Shown: one piece after another, positions 1 to 11,559 of the stretch
How the letters are laid out: the number at the start of each line of letters is the position of its first letter
How positions within the stretch are numbered: the first letter of the stretch is position 1
Program-made: the position numbers and the translations under genes
From: Mytilus californianus
Lineage: Eukaryota
Assembly (NCBI RefSeq): GCF_021869535.1
Contig: NW_026262745.1
Coordinates: 45,694,001-45,758,000, forward strand
Length of the DNA stretch: 64,000 bases
Reading direction: 5' to 3'
Notes under the pieces: generated by a model
Told to the model about the DNA's origin: nothing
The model's database searches: none
The model's input: the letters and a program-made list of their open reading frames with translations, nothing else

Positions 1-61
1 CTCACTGATTAATTACAACTTGTATCATGTTTTTTCTAATGAAATCATCAAATGTAATAAT

Positions 62-1375
62 AAAATGCTCCGCTGGGCGCAGCTTGATACGACCGCAGAG
101 GTCGAACCCTGAATAGTTGGGGCAAGTATGGACACAACATTCAAGCTTGATACAGCACTGAATTTGGATTGTGATTAAATATTTGACACAGCATAGGTTT
201 CTGACACAGAATGAATGTGGTCTAAGAACTTAAAAATTTTTAATTTACCTATTCAAACCATATCATTATTTTTTGCTTTTATATATAAATCAGAAATAAC
301 CAATTTAAAATGGAAAATTTTAAAGAAAAAAAAAGGAAAAAAAAATCCCTCCCCCAAATTTTTTGAACCCCCTTATGATTCATCACCCCCAAACTCAATC
401 CCAGCCTTCCCTTTGTGGTATGGTACCTTGCAGTACAATTTCAGAGAGATCCATATACTTGAACACAAGTTATTTTCTGGAAACTAGAAAAGTGCTTGTT
501 TTTAGGCCCCTTTTTGGCCCCAAATTCCTAAACTTTTAGGGCAATTACCCCCAAACTCAAACCCAGCTTTCCCTTTGTGATATGGAACCTTGTAGTACAA
601 TTTCATAAAGATCCATACACTTACACACAAGTTATTGTCCTGAAATTAGAAAAATGCTTGTTTTTTGCCCCTTTTTGGCCCCTAATTCCTAAAATTTTGA
701 GGCAATTACCCCCAAAATCAATCCCAGCCTTCCCTTTGTCGTATGGTACCTTGCAGTACAATTTCAGAGAGATCCATACACTTGAACACAAGTTATTGTC
801 TGGAAACTAGAAAAATGCTTATTTTTGGCCCCTTTTTTCTAAACGTTTTGGGCAATTACCCCCAAACTCAATTCCAGCTTTTCCTTTGTGATATGGAACC
901 TTGTAGTACAATTTCAGAAAGATCCATTCACTAACACACAAGTTATTGTCATGAAACTAGAAAAATGCTTGTTTTTTGCCCCTTTTTTGGCCCCTAATTC
1001 CTAAAATTTTGAAGCAATTACCCCCAAAATCAATCCCAGCATTCCCTTTGTGATATATATGGAACCTTGTGGTACAATGTCAGAGAGATCCAGACACTTA
1101 CACACAAGTTATGTCTGGAAGTTACAAAAATGCTTATTTTTGGCCCCTTTTGGGCCCCTAATTCCTTAACTGTTGGTACCATAACCCCCAAAATCAATCC
1201 CAACCTTCCTTTTGTGGTATTGAACCTTATGGTAAAATTTCATAGAGATCCATTCACTTAAACTAAAGTTAGAGTGTGAAAACCAATGTGTCTTTGGACA
1301 ACAACGACAACAATGACGATGCCAACGTCATACCAATATACGACCACAAAATTTTTTTTGTGGTCGTATAAAAAT
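62..1375 (-). mobile_element. Non-autonomous Helentron/HINE (DINE-1/Pearl-like) element with six ~162-bp internal tandem repeats
   Basis: Terminal hairpin tatacgaccacaaaa-tttt-ttttgtggtcgtata (1337-1370) next to a GAC/AAC microsatellite. Core units start (cccccaaa) at 386, 548, 709, 859, 1021, 1185. The other end (62-235) is the reverse complement of the tail of the 8843-9800 element. Family assignment rests on known HINE architecture. Confidence 0.8.
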
Positions 1376-1619
1376 TTGACCTCAATCACATTCTATTAAA
1401 TGTGTGGACAGATGATTCGTTTTGCATAATTTCTTGCTTTGTCAACTGCTTGTTTTTAAGAATATCTACATTTCAACATTATACATTATTTGAAATGTGT
1501 TAAAAAATCACAAGACTCAAGTATAATTATTTAGAAATTATCATTTAAATTTGAAATAATCAAATTGATTCATATTTTGTCATCCTGGGGTGGGGCTTTT
1601 TATAGCTTTTTTCTTGTAT

Positions 1620-1735
1620 GGTTTTGGCTCATTGTTGAAGGCTGTACTGTGATCTGTAATTGTTTCATATCTTCAAATTTGTCCTGTGGTTTTTATTGAT
1701 AGTTGTCTCATTGGCAAGCATACCACATCTCCTTA
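1620..1735 (+). mobile_element. SINE 3' tail fragment, high-copy family
   Basis: gatagttgtctcattggcaagcataccacatctcctt matches the tail at 52820-52870 and the reverse complement of the copies at 2156, 18863 and 43463. Confidence 0.6.
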
Positions 1736-1745
1736 TTTATAATTC

Positions 1746-1789
1746 CTGAGACTATTATACTGACTATTATACTAGTATAATAGTCCCAG
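1746..1789. repeat. Micro-palindrome CTGGGACTATTATACT-AGTATAATAGTCCCAG with internal duplication (copy 1)
   Basis: ctgagactattatactgactattatactagtataatagtcccag; a second copy is at 4783-4832. Confidence 0.7.
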
Positions 1790-2155
1790 ATATTTCTTAT
1801 CAATGAAACACTGTCTTATAACAATAGTATTATAACAGTTCTCATATTTTTTCTTAAACCAAAGTGGAAAACAGTTAAAATATCAATTTTCATTGAAGCA
1901 AAGTAAGCTTTTCTGTTAGCATGGTTAGTGGGAGTAAAATACTTTCATGCAATTTGTTTATCTTATCAGGAATATACAAATATGCACCTTATGCTTCTCT
2001 GTAAGAACCTGCTGAGTCAAATTGGAATGATTCTACTCTTCTACATTTGTACTTGCTATTCTTTTTAAATCAAAGTTAAAAACCCCTGCCTACCTGATTA
2101 CAAACTGAGTAAATTTTTCTGATGACAGTTATACATTTTATGTACAATTGTACAT

Positions 2156-2266
2156 AGATATAAGAAGATGTGGTATGAGTGCCAATGAGACAACTCTCCA
2201 TCCAAGTCAAAATTTATAAAAGTAAACAATTATAGGTCAAAGTACGATCTTCAACACTGAGCCTTG
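2156..2266 (-). mobile_element. SINE 3' tail fragment (5'-truncated)
   Basis: agatataagaagatgtggtatgagtgccaatgagacaactctccatccaagtca is identical to the starts of the copies at 18863 and 43463. Confidence 0.7.
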
Positions 2267-2760
2267 AATTTAAAATGAATTTAAAAGAAATATATGTCTG
2301 AATACTGACTAGAATAAAACATCTTAATCATTATCATATTTAATTTATACTTTAAAATGATGAACTCAAAATTATCTAACCTGTATAAATCTGAATTGAA
2401 TTATAACTGGTTGTTTTCATCCAAATTGTCTATATTAATCGTGTAAGCTTGAGGGTTACAACACAACATGTAACTTTCATTATAAAGAAAAGGTGCACTT
2501 TCTTGTGTAACAAGAAAATAAATCATATTATTATACTAATAAATGATTAGCTTAATCATGTCAATACTGATGAATCTAAAGATAATCCAAATTATAATGA
2601 TCAAATCATAAAAGCTATATTACAGGTGAAATAAATATCATTTATAGATATTAACATGACTGGTACATGTACATGTAACTGAATTTTCAGGTTTTAAAAT
2701 TATCTAATTACAGACTACAGTCACATGACAATTCATGTGTTAAAACAAAACAGTAGTTTA

Positions 2761-2930
2761 AGTCTGCACCAAAATCTTTTCAACTACTAGTCCGAAGACC
2801 AATATTCTGAAATTTTTCTTATGTGTCTAAACAAAGTAATGCAAATACTTACTTACTTACTACATGTACTAGTACGAATAAAATTTTACTAGTCTGGGGC
2901 ATTGGCCTAATGGCTAACGGTGCAGACTGA
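2761..2930. mobile_element. Small MITE-like element with 10-bp TIR agtctgcacc/ggtgcagact
   Basis: Inverted termini are visible. No TSD recognised. Confidence 0.4.
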
Positions 2931-2947
2931 TTTAAGAACAAATGAAT

Positions 2948-4195
2948 AACAAGAGTGCACACGCTGAAATGTCTCGCCTTCTTTACTAATCATTGATATT
3001 ATGTTGATAGTCCTAAATATAAAGCTTTATTACAACTGTCACATAAACTTAACATTTACCAAGTAAACTAAACATTGACCAATGAACCATGAAAATGAGG
3101 TCAAGGTCAGATGAACCATGCTAGGCAGGCATGTACAGCTAACAATTCTTCCATACAACAAATATAGTTGACCTATTGCTTATAGTTTAAGAAAAACAGA
3201 CGAAAACACAAAAACTTAACACTGAGCAATGAACCTTGAAAATGAGGTCAAGGTCAAATAAAACCTGCGTGACTGACATATAGATCATAAAATATTTCCA
3301 TACACCAAATATAGTTGAACTATTGCATATAGTATTAGAAAAAAAGACCAAAACTCAAAAACTTAACTTTGACCACTGAACCATGAAAATGAGGTCAAGG
3401 TAAGATGACACCTGCCAGCTAGACATGTACACCTTACAATCATTCTATACACCAAATATAGCTGACCTATTGCATGCAGTATTAGAAAGAAAGACCAAAA
3501 CTCAAAAACTTAACTTTGACCACTGAACCATGAAAATGAGGTCAAGGTCAGATGACACCTGCCAGCTAGACATGTACACCTTACAATCATTCCATACACC
3601 AAATATAGTAGACCTATTGCATACAGTATAAGAAAAACAGACCAAAACACAAAAACTTAACTATAACCACTGAACCATGAAAATGAGGTCAAGGTCAGAT
3701 GACACCTGCCAGTTGGACATGTACACCTTACAGTCCTTCCATACACCGAATATACTAGACCTATTGCTTATAGTATCTGAGATATGGACTTGACCACGAA
3801 AACTTAACCTTGTTCACTGATCCATGAAATGAGGTCGAGGTCAAGTGAAAACTGTCTGACGGGCATGAGGACCTTGCAAGGTACGCACATACCAAATATA
3901 GTTATCCTATTACTTATAATAAGAGAGAATTTAACATTACAAAAAATCTGAACTTTTTTTTCAAGTAGTCACTGAACCATGAAAATGAGGTCAAGGACAT
4001 TGGACATGTGACTGACGGAAACTTCGTAACATGAGGCATCCATATACAAAGTATGAAGCATCCAGGTCTTCCATCTTATAAAATATAAAGCTTTTAAGAA
4101 GTTAGCTAACGCCGCCGCCGCCGCCGCCGCCGCCGCCGGATCGCTATCCCTATGTCGAGCTTTCTGCGACAAAAGTCGCAGGCTCGACAATAAAA
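2948..4195 (-). mobile_element. Helentron/HINE-like element with seven 147-bp tandem core repeats and (GCC)9
   Basis: Nested terminal hairpin gtcgagc...ctgcgac-aaaa-gtcgcag-gctcgac (4154-4188) and (gcc)9 at 4111-4137. Core motif ccatgaaaatgaggtcaagg at 3087, 3234, 3381, 3528, 3675, 3822, 3977. Opposite end aacaagagtgcacacgctgaaatgtctcgcc. Confidence 0.8.
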
Positions 4196-4782
4196 CCAAC
4201 TCTACCAGCTAATTTCTATTCACCAATGAAAATCATAAATAGTGTATTTCTTTAAAAAGGATACATATATCATGTACATTATTATGTACACTTGTATAAA
4301 TTTTTTTTTTGGATGGGGGATGGTGGTATGGGCTTTTTGGTGACTCACATACCCTCATTGACATATATACATACATCTCCTTTCATTTATAGAAATTGGA
4401 AAAGAAAAGACATATAGGTATATATATGTAATGTCCATTTTGTTACATCTTGTGATCTGTTTATTTGGCAATCGCCAATGGCAGTCAGCAGGGTTTAAGA
4501 ACAGCCGTTCTTCGACCTGTTAGTCAAATGCGTTTTGTTTAAATATACTTTTTCACTTTTTTGGTCTTTTGGAAAATGTTGTTTGTGCTGTATTTAGACC
4601 CCTCTACCAAGAAATTTGTTTTGCATGCACACGTATAAAAATTGCAGTTTTTATCCAATGCAATCATAGGTTTGAACGTTGTTTTCAATTTAGACTTATT
4701 TATATGCAATGTGAATATATATATATATATATTTAAATCTCTTTCAATTCTGAAAACTTTATCCAGGGAATACAATTCTTAA

Positions 4783-4832
4783 CTGGGACTATTAATTTAT
4801 ACTAGTTTATTATACTAGTATAATAGTCCCAG
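4783..4832. repeat. Micro-palindrome copy 2
   Basis: ctgggactattaatttatactagtttattatactagtataatagtcccag has the same arms as 1746-1789. Confidence 0.7.
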
Positions 4833-6270
4833 GTCTTAATCATGGATTTACTGATCTTGTTCTATAGATCACTAAAAATTAAAGAAGAAGGGTGATGTTA
4901 GCATGCATTTTAATTTTATCCATTGACTATTTTCTGCATTTCAGATGAATATCAATATAAATTGAAAGGAATGTGGGTTGTATTTAACAAATGTTTAATA
5001 AGATTATTAAAGATATCAACCCCACATTACCATTACCTACAACACAAAAAAAAGGTATCAGGCATGTCATCATAGCATAACAAGAATACATGTAGACATG
5101 GAAATTTTACATCTTAATTAAATTCAACCATTGAAAAACTGAAAACAAGGGAACCACAAATCGATTATCAAAATATTTACAAACAGTTGCTTTACAGCCA
5201 CTGTAGGCGTGGTATCAAAAGTCTAAAGTGGCTAAGAATCAGGGTTGGCAAAAACTTGGTCAATCTGTATGAAGCCAAAGATTTCAATTTGTTTTTTCTT
5301 TAAAAAAATATATATAATAACTTATAGCATGTATAGTAAGAATAAACAAGTAAGAAAAAGTTTTAGCATATGTACATCACTAATATCCAAATGTTTCATT
5401 GTGAGATTGGGTCCTTCTGATACAAGGATATGTTTTGAAAACATTTTTTGTTCCCTGAAGGAACAGTTCTGATATTAACTCCAATTTTAGTTCAAACAAA
5501 ATTTTGTTCTAACTACATGGACATTCAAGAGCATAGAGCATTAATTTGGGGGATTTAAATCCAGTTTTGACATAAATGAGCACACTTAAATAATAATGGT
5601 ACAATGTATGTAAATTGTAGAACCAAGTTCTTTTTTTTCAATTTGTATTAATTATGTTTTCCATAAATATTTTGATATGTGCTTTCTAAGAATATCAGGT
5701 ATTGGAATTTTTCATAGACATAATGAAAATAAACTACTTATAATGTAATTAATTATTGCAATTTAGACAATTAATTTTAATACCCAAGCTCATCTATTGT
5801 TTTTCCAAAAAATGAAGCAGTGATTGTCACTTGTAAAACATAAGTATGTGTCAATTATGACCCCACAGACAATAAAACTACTTAATTATGATTTTTTTAT
5901 TATTCATGCTATTTGTTTAGGTCTTTTTTTTTAATTGTAAATTTGAACTGGGCTAAAAAAATTATAAAAATAATGTTATTTCTTTTACAGAGAAATGACA
6001 CTTGTCTATGCTATCAAACAATACACATGTTACACTGATCCAAGTCCCAAGTTCTTAATAACATGAATACAATGTATTTAAGATGCATGTATTTATTTTA
6101 TTAAATAAAACACAGTTTTTCACAAAAAATAGTTTTTTTTTTATGTAAGGATAGAAAAGTTTATAAAAAGTTCTTTAATATCATAGTATACAATGTAATC
6201 GTAAGTTATCCAAAGTAAAAGTAATCTAATGTAAAAATAATTACATTTAAATTTAGGTGTCATTGTAATG

Positions 6271-6398
6271 TAATTGATTACATTAAATTGGCAAAGTAAT
6301 TGTAATTTAATCGATTGCATTAAATTGGCATAGTAATTGTGATTTAATCGATTACATTAAATTGGCAAAGTAATTGTAATTTAATCAATTACATTTTA
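6271..6398. repeat. 37-bp tandem minisatellite (~3.4 units)
   Basis: taatcgattacattaaattggcaaagtaattgtaatt starts at 6271, 6308, 6345, 6382. Confidence 0.8.
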
Positions 6399-6589
6399 AA
6401 GTAATAGACACAATCCCTGGAAGGGAAAGGGGATTATTCGACTAACATGAGCCCTTTATGCTCCCTTTAAACAGGGTCTTAACTAGTCCAAATATTTATG
6501 ATGTCTTAAAAAAGGCTATTTTAGTTTTTTTTCTGTGACGCCTTCCTACCTCATAGGTCTCAACTTGCCAAACACAAACTATATAAACC

Positions 6590-6973
6590 AATAGACCACT
6601 TTCGAGTTCGTTCCATTTCCGTCAAAAACTTTGGTTTTAGTGAACATCATTTGTGCGTTTAGGGGCATCGTCACTTCCTTCCCATGTTGAGCGAGCGGTT
6701 GAAAAAAATATGATGCTATAGTGCACCAATTATTTGGCAAATTAAATTTTTATAATTGATAATCAGCACTGATGTCATTAAATTGTGATTAAGTACCTAC
6801 GGAACAAACATTATTTCTAGTTTACCCTGCATAATAACTATCATGATGACGCTTGATGAACTTTAATTGTGCAGAGATACAGGCAATCCCCTCTATCTGG
6901 TAAATGACGTCATAAAGGCGTGCATAATTGACGAAATTTTCTGGTGAAGGACATAACTCTAAAGTGGTCTATT
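6590..6973. mobile_element. MITE with 19-bp TIR AATAGACCACTTTCGAGTT
   Basis: Left aatagaccactttcgagtt, right aactctaaagtggtctatt (1 mismatch). No clear TSD, superfamily unassigned. Confidence 0.7.
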
Positions 6974-7143
6974 AACGAAATATAGTTTTAGATAAATTTC
7001 TAAACAGTTTATGAAGACTGTTCCAAATTTATGGTAATTCATTTCAGACTTAGCCAACATTTTATTTAAGTGGCAAATTATATTTATAGAAAGTAAGTTA
7101 ACTTTAAGGTAAAAGTAAAAATAAACCACTTGATAGTCTTGAT

Positions 7144-7817
7144 CAGGTCAGGAATAACCACCAATTGGTGGATTATACCTCAATTGACGTATAATCCACC
7201 AATTGACATATATTGGTATAGACCAATTGATGTATAATGCAAGTTTTTTTGTTATAAAATGCTAGTGTGAGATAGGAGCATCATTTTGCAACTTACAACC
7301 TATTTTATGACCATTATTGAGTCCTCCGAAAGTTTCAGTTTTGTCAAAGCCTGCTGCATCTCTTGAGAATGCATGTGTACAACAATTCTTTTGATGAAAC
7401 ATCTGTACTATTGACCATGATTGACTTTTAATAATGAAAGTCAAGTATTAACAAAGAGCTTCATTCACCTGTGGAGTTGTACTCATAATCACATGACTGC
7501 AGACAGTATTGATGTCCATTGACAGGTGATAAGTGATAAATTTGCCAATCAAGAATTGACAAGATAACAATAGAAGAAACTGCAAATACAATTATTGATT
7601 AAATGCAATATGTTATGTCACTATACTAAACTAGGAATGTTTGACATGTTTTCATACAATAATATGGTTTTAAGAAAACAATGCTCCATTTTGGTTGAAT
7701 AATTTGCTTTGAAAAACAAAGAATTATACGTCAATTGGTCTATACCATTATATGTCAATTGGTGGATTATACGTTAATTGAGGTATAATCCACCAATTGG
7801 TGGTTATTCCTGACCTG
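7144..7817. mobile_element. Non-autonomous DNA transposon with 95-bp TIRs and 5-bp TSD (TTGAT)
   Basis: TIRs 7144-7238 and 7723-7817 are near-perfect reverse complements (caggtcagg...cctgacctg). ttgat lies at 7139-7143 and 7818-7822. Confidence 0.85.
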
Positions 7818-8842
7818 TTGATACAGTGTCAGTGGAGATAACAATTTTTGTTTAGACTACCAAAAAAAGTTCATGACATTGGTACGATGTGTAACGTTTA
7901 CTAATGCATATACATCTGCTATTAAAATTTGTATAAGGATATGTTATTAATCTAATGTTACTTAAACTATCAGATAAAGCTTCTTTCTTATCTTACCACG
8001 TCTCCAGACAGAAATAAATCTTGAGTTGTTCCCCTTACAATCCCGGTTTAAAGATGTGTAACATGGATCGGACATGGATCATTTCCTGTTACTAAAAATA
8101 TATTTGGGGTTTTACCTAAACCAGCGTTGTTTCAATTTCAATTTCAATATAGTCATAGTCAGGTACTTTATGCTTTTACTTGGTGTGTAAGATGCTTCAG
8201 TTTAGTCTGAGTACTAAACCTTTCACACATAATTCATCTAGTTTATCTTTGAAACAAATGAAAACATTATCTTTTAGACCATAAAATTATCTCATCACTT
8301 TATAGAGGACCCTTTATAGATACATTCAAGGATTTGTACTACTACCCTTATACTCATGTATGGATGTTAGAGGTGTTCTAATCCATATGAAGCTCAAACA
8401 AATGTGAACTATACTATACAAATCCTCCATACATGTATATTGTACTTCACAACACAACAAATGATACAATATAAAAAGTACAAAAATTAGCACCATTTTT
8501 GTCTCACCAACAACTATAGTCTTTAAAGCAAGACTTAGGTGTGCTCATTTTCAGCATAAGCATCTGCAGCATAAACGGATGTTTAGGTTGTAATCGGTCA
8601 CACAGGCGAGACTTATCTATGAGATAATAGGTTAGTGTAGCTGTGTCAATGTAAATGTTCAGTTTATATTAAATTTAAAAATAGCTCAAAGCCCACAGTT
8701 TTTACAATAAAACCAGTATGCTCTAGTCAGGGATTTTGTTACCACAAGTTACTAAAGAAACCTTTCGCACCCTTTTTAAAGGTTTGTATTGAATAATTGT
8801 TTAATTGTGTTTTAGTTAGTGTATAAAGATGATTATCATAAG

Positions 8843-9800
8843 TTTTTATACGCCCGTTTACGGGACGTATTATGGTATACCGTTGTCCGTCTGTCCGTCC
8901 GTCCGTCCGTCTGTCCGTCGTCAACATGTCGGACATTAACTCAAAAATGCTTTAACCAATTTGCATAAAACTTTGGTGAATTGTTTATATCTATTGACGT
9001 GAGCTCCCTTTCGTTTTTTATAAAATTTAGATTTTACGTTTCCGAGATATGGGGTTTTATTCATTAAAAAAAGGAGGATTTTCCAGTTTTTGGACAATAA
9101 TTCAAGAATACTTTCACCAACTTGCAAGAAATTGTGGTGAATTGTTTATATCTATTGACATGAGCTCCCTTTCAATTTTTATAAATTTTAGATTTTACGT
9201 TTCCGAGTTGCAGGGTTTTATTCATGAAAAAAGGGGGGATTTTCCAGTTTTCGGACAAAAACTCAAAAATGCTTTCAGCAATTCTAATGAAACTTTGGTG
9301 AATTGTTTGTATGTATTGATGTAAGCTCCCTTTAGAATTTTATAAATTTTACATTTTACATTTCTGAGTTATGGGGTTTTATTCATTAAAAAAAGGGGTT
9401 ATTTTCCAGTTTTCGGACAAAACCTCAAAAATTCTGTCACCAATTCTCATGAAACTTTGGTGAATTGTTTATATCTATTGATGTAAGCTCCCTTTTTATT
9501 TTCATAAATTTCTAATATGACATTGAGAATTAATTGAACTTTATTTGTTTATAGTCTGACAACAGATTTACTAAGTATTGCACAACAGCAAGAAATCTTT
9601 AATTGAATATAAATTCAATTCATATAACCAATTTCAAGATCTTTGACTACATTTATTCAGAAACCAATAATATGTTAAATATTTAATTACAATCCAAATT
9701 TGGACCTGAATCAAGCTTGAATATTGTGTCCATTTTTGTCCCAACTGTTCAGGGTTGGACCTCTGTGGGCGTATCTAGCTGCGCTCAGCGAAGCAGTTTA
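8843..9800 (+). mobile_element. Helentron/HINE-like element with ~3.3 x 161-162-bp core repeats
   Basis: 5' tttttatacgcccg-ttta-cgggacgtat hairpin and (gtcc)n microsatellite at 8884-8920. Core ggtgaattgttt at 8975, 9136, 9297, 9459. The 3' tail is homologous to the reverse complement of 62-235. Confidence 0.8.
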
Positions 9801-10039
9801 TTTATAGTGTTTTAAAATAAAGTGACATACATGTACTAAAAAGGTAAAAACAAGGAATTATTTGAGTCTGATATAATTTTGAATCCTGGAAAATTGATAA
9901 GATAATGCTGTAGTACAAAATGTAAGATCTTTCACAATTATGTTTATCATGTTTATTATTACTAACATTGATTTTGAAATTAAAGAATGAAATTATTATT
10001 ACTTAATATAGTGCTATATGAATACTTATGGTGTACATC

Positions 10040-10171
10040 CTGTCTTTTCCTACCAAAGGTCGATGGTTTTCTCCGGGGACTCCGGCTTCATCCACCTATA
10101 AAAACTGACCGCCATGAAATAGCACAATAGTGTTGAAAGTGGCGTTAAACACCAATCAATCAATCAATCAA
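10040..10171 (+). mobile_element. V-SINE-like retroposon fragment with (CAAT)n tail
   Basis: ggttttctccggggactccggcttcatccacc resembles the V-domain (GGTTTCCTCCGGGTGCTCCGGTTTCCTCC). Ends gtggcgttaaacac(caat)n. Confidence 0.55.
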
Positions 10172-10586
10172 TGTACATCCTGTCAATACATTAATGTTTT
10201 TTTTTTTTGAACAAGGTCGTGCTATATTCAGATTGTTTATGATGTCTTTACACGAAAACTTGAAATTGGTTTTTAACTAGCCTGCAGAAAGTATGATACA
10301 ATAAATCATAGAATGCTCTTTATGTTCTCTGTCCTTTTGTTCATGTTGTTAGGTTTTCTTATTAATATAATTTTTAAGGCCTTGAATTCACAATTTCAAG
10401 GAACAAATACCAGGTAACGACTTTTATCATTCCTCCACTATAATTATTACCGAAGTACATGCATTTGCCATCAACACCAAATTCTTTATAAGAAATAAAC
10501 AAATTAAGATATACAGTAACTGATGCTAACTACTGGTTGAAGTTCTGACTTTGTTCAGGCACATATCAAAATGTTGGGGTTTTAAC

Positions 10587-11020
10587 TTTTTTATGCCCCC
10601 GCCGTAGCGAAGGGGGCATTAAGTTTTACCCTTGTCCGTCCGTACGTACATCCGTCCGTCCCAAGGTTGGTTTCCTTTCTATAACTTTAGTTTGCCACAA
10701 CCAAATGTTATGAAACTTATACAAAATGCTTATTACCACAAAATACAGATCAAGTTTGAATTTTGGTGGTGTAACTTTTACTGTTATAGAGTTATGCCCC
10801 TTTACAAATGGAAAAATTGCTGAATTTTTCGTTTCCGTTCTCTTAAGTTAGCCTCAACCAAATGTTATGAAACTTATACACAATACTTATTACCACAAAA
10901 CTCAGATCAAGTACAAATTTGGGTAGTGTCACTTTTACTGTTCTTCAGTTATGTCCCTTTATAGCTTTATATGATATGGAAGCAGGGGCATCATCTGTGT
11001 CCTATGGACACATTCCCCAT
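10587..11020 (+). mobile_element. Short HINE/DINE-1-like element with two ~157-bp core repeats
   Basis: 5' tttttt-atgccccc...gggggcat hairpin, tccg microsatellite, core repeats at 10698 and 10855, 3' subTIR ggggcat (10985-10991) and hairpin tgtgtcc-tat-ggacaca (10996-11012). Confidence 0.8.
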
Positions 11021-11372
11021 TTATTTAGGCTTATGACATCACTCTTCTTTTTTTTTTTATCTCCCTCAGCAGTACAACAAAAGTTTAATAGAAAAATTAC
11101 TGTGAAAATCAGATCATATAAAGCACTTAAGTCTATAAAACCGTAATCATAATAATTCTCCTTATTTTTATATAGAGATCACTCTACAGTCTTCAGCATC
11201 AAAACATAAGTCTTTTTAAAAAGTATTTACCATATATTACTTTCCCCATTAACCAGCGACTTGTGTATTTTATTATAGTACATGTAAATGTACTTAAATA
11301 GTTCTGAAGTATTAACCAACAATATCATGTTTATATGTGACATTTCTTTCTTTTGTTAGATTTGAAAAAAAT

Positions 11373-11451
11373 ATGGCAGGACCACTTCGACCAGGAGACT
11401 TGGGGGTGAATGTAAATCTTGGGGAAGGTGATCAGCTAGTGTTCACTGCAG
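11373..11451 (+). CDS. STAND-ankyrin gene, first identifiable coding exon (MAGPLRPGDLGVNVNLGEGDQLVFTA)
   Basis: Acceptor ttttgttag|11360, ATG at 11373, donor G|gtaaaa at 11452. Phase 1 joins in frame to 13585. The frame is open 5' of the ATG, so upstream coding exons cannot be excluded. Confidence 0.65.
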
Positions 11452-11559
11452 GTAAAATATTTACATGTACATACTGAGCTTTACAATTTTAACAGTGAAA
11501 AATGACAGTTATTCACTTGCTGCCCTTTAATTTGGAGAAAGAACAGGATTATGGGTTAA

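Noticed and set aside
215-1261. Short ORFs in the 162-bp arrays (also 62176-62874, 8739-9324, 3969-4199, 10632-11146)
   Set aside because: They are chance frames within non-coding repeat units and microsatellites, with no Rep/helicase or transposase motifs.
1970-8613. Scattered micro-exon candidates (+1970-2000, +4944, +5991, +7048-7092; -7996-8075, -8496-8613)
   Set aside because: Each has plausible AG/GT sites, but they cannot be chained into a recognisable protein and such sites arise by chance in AT-rich DNA. Unresolved without RNA-seq.
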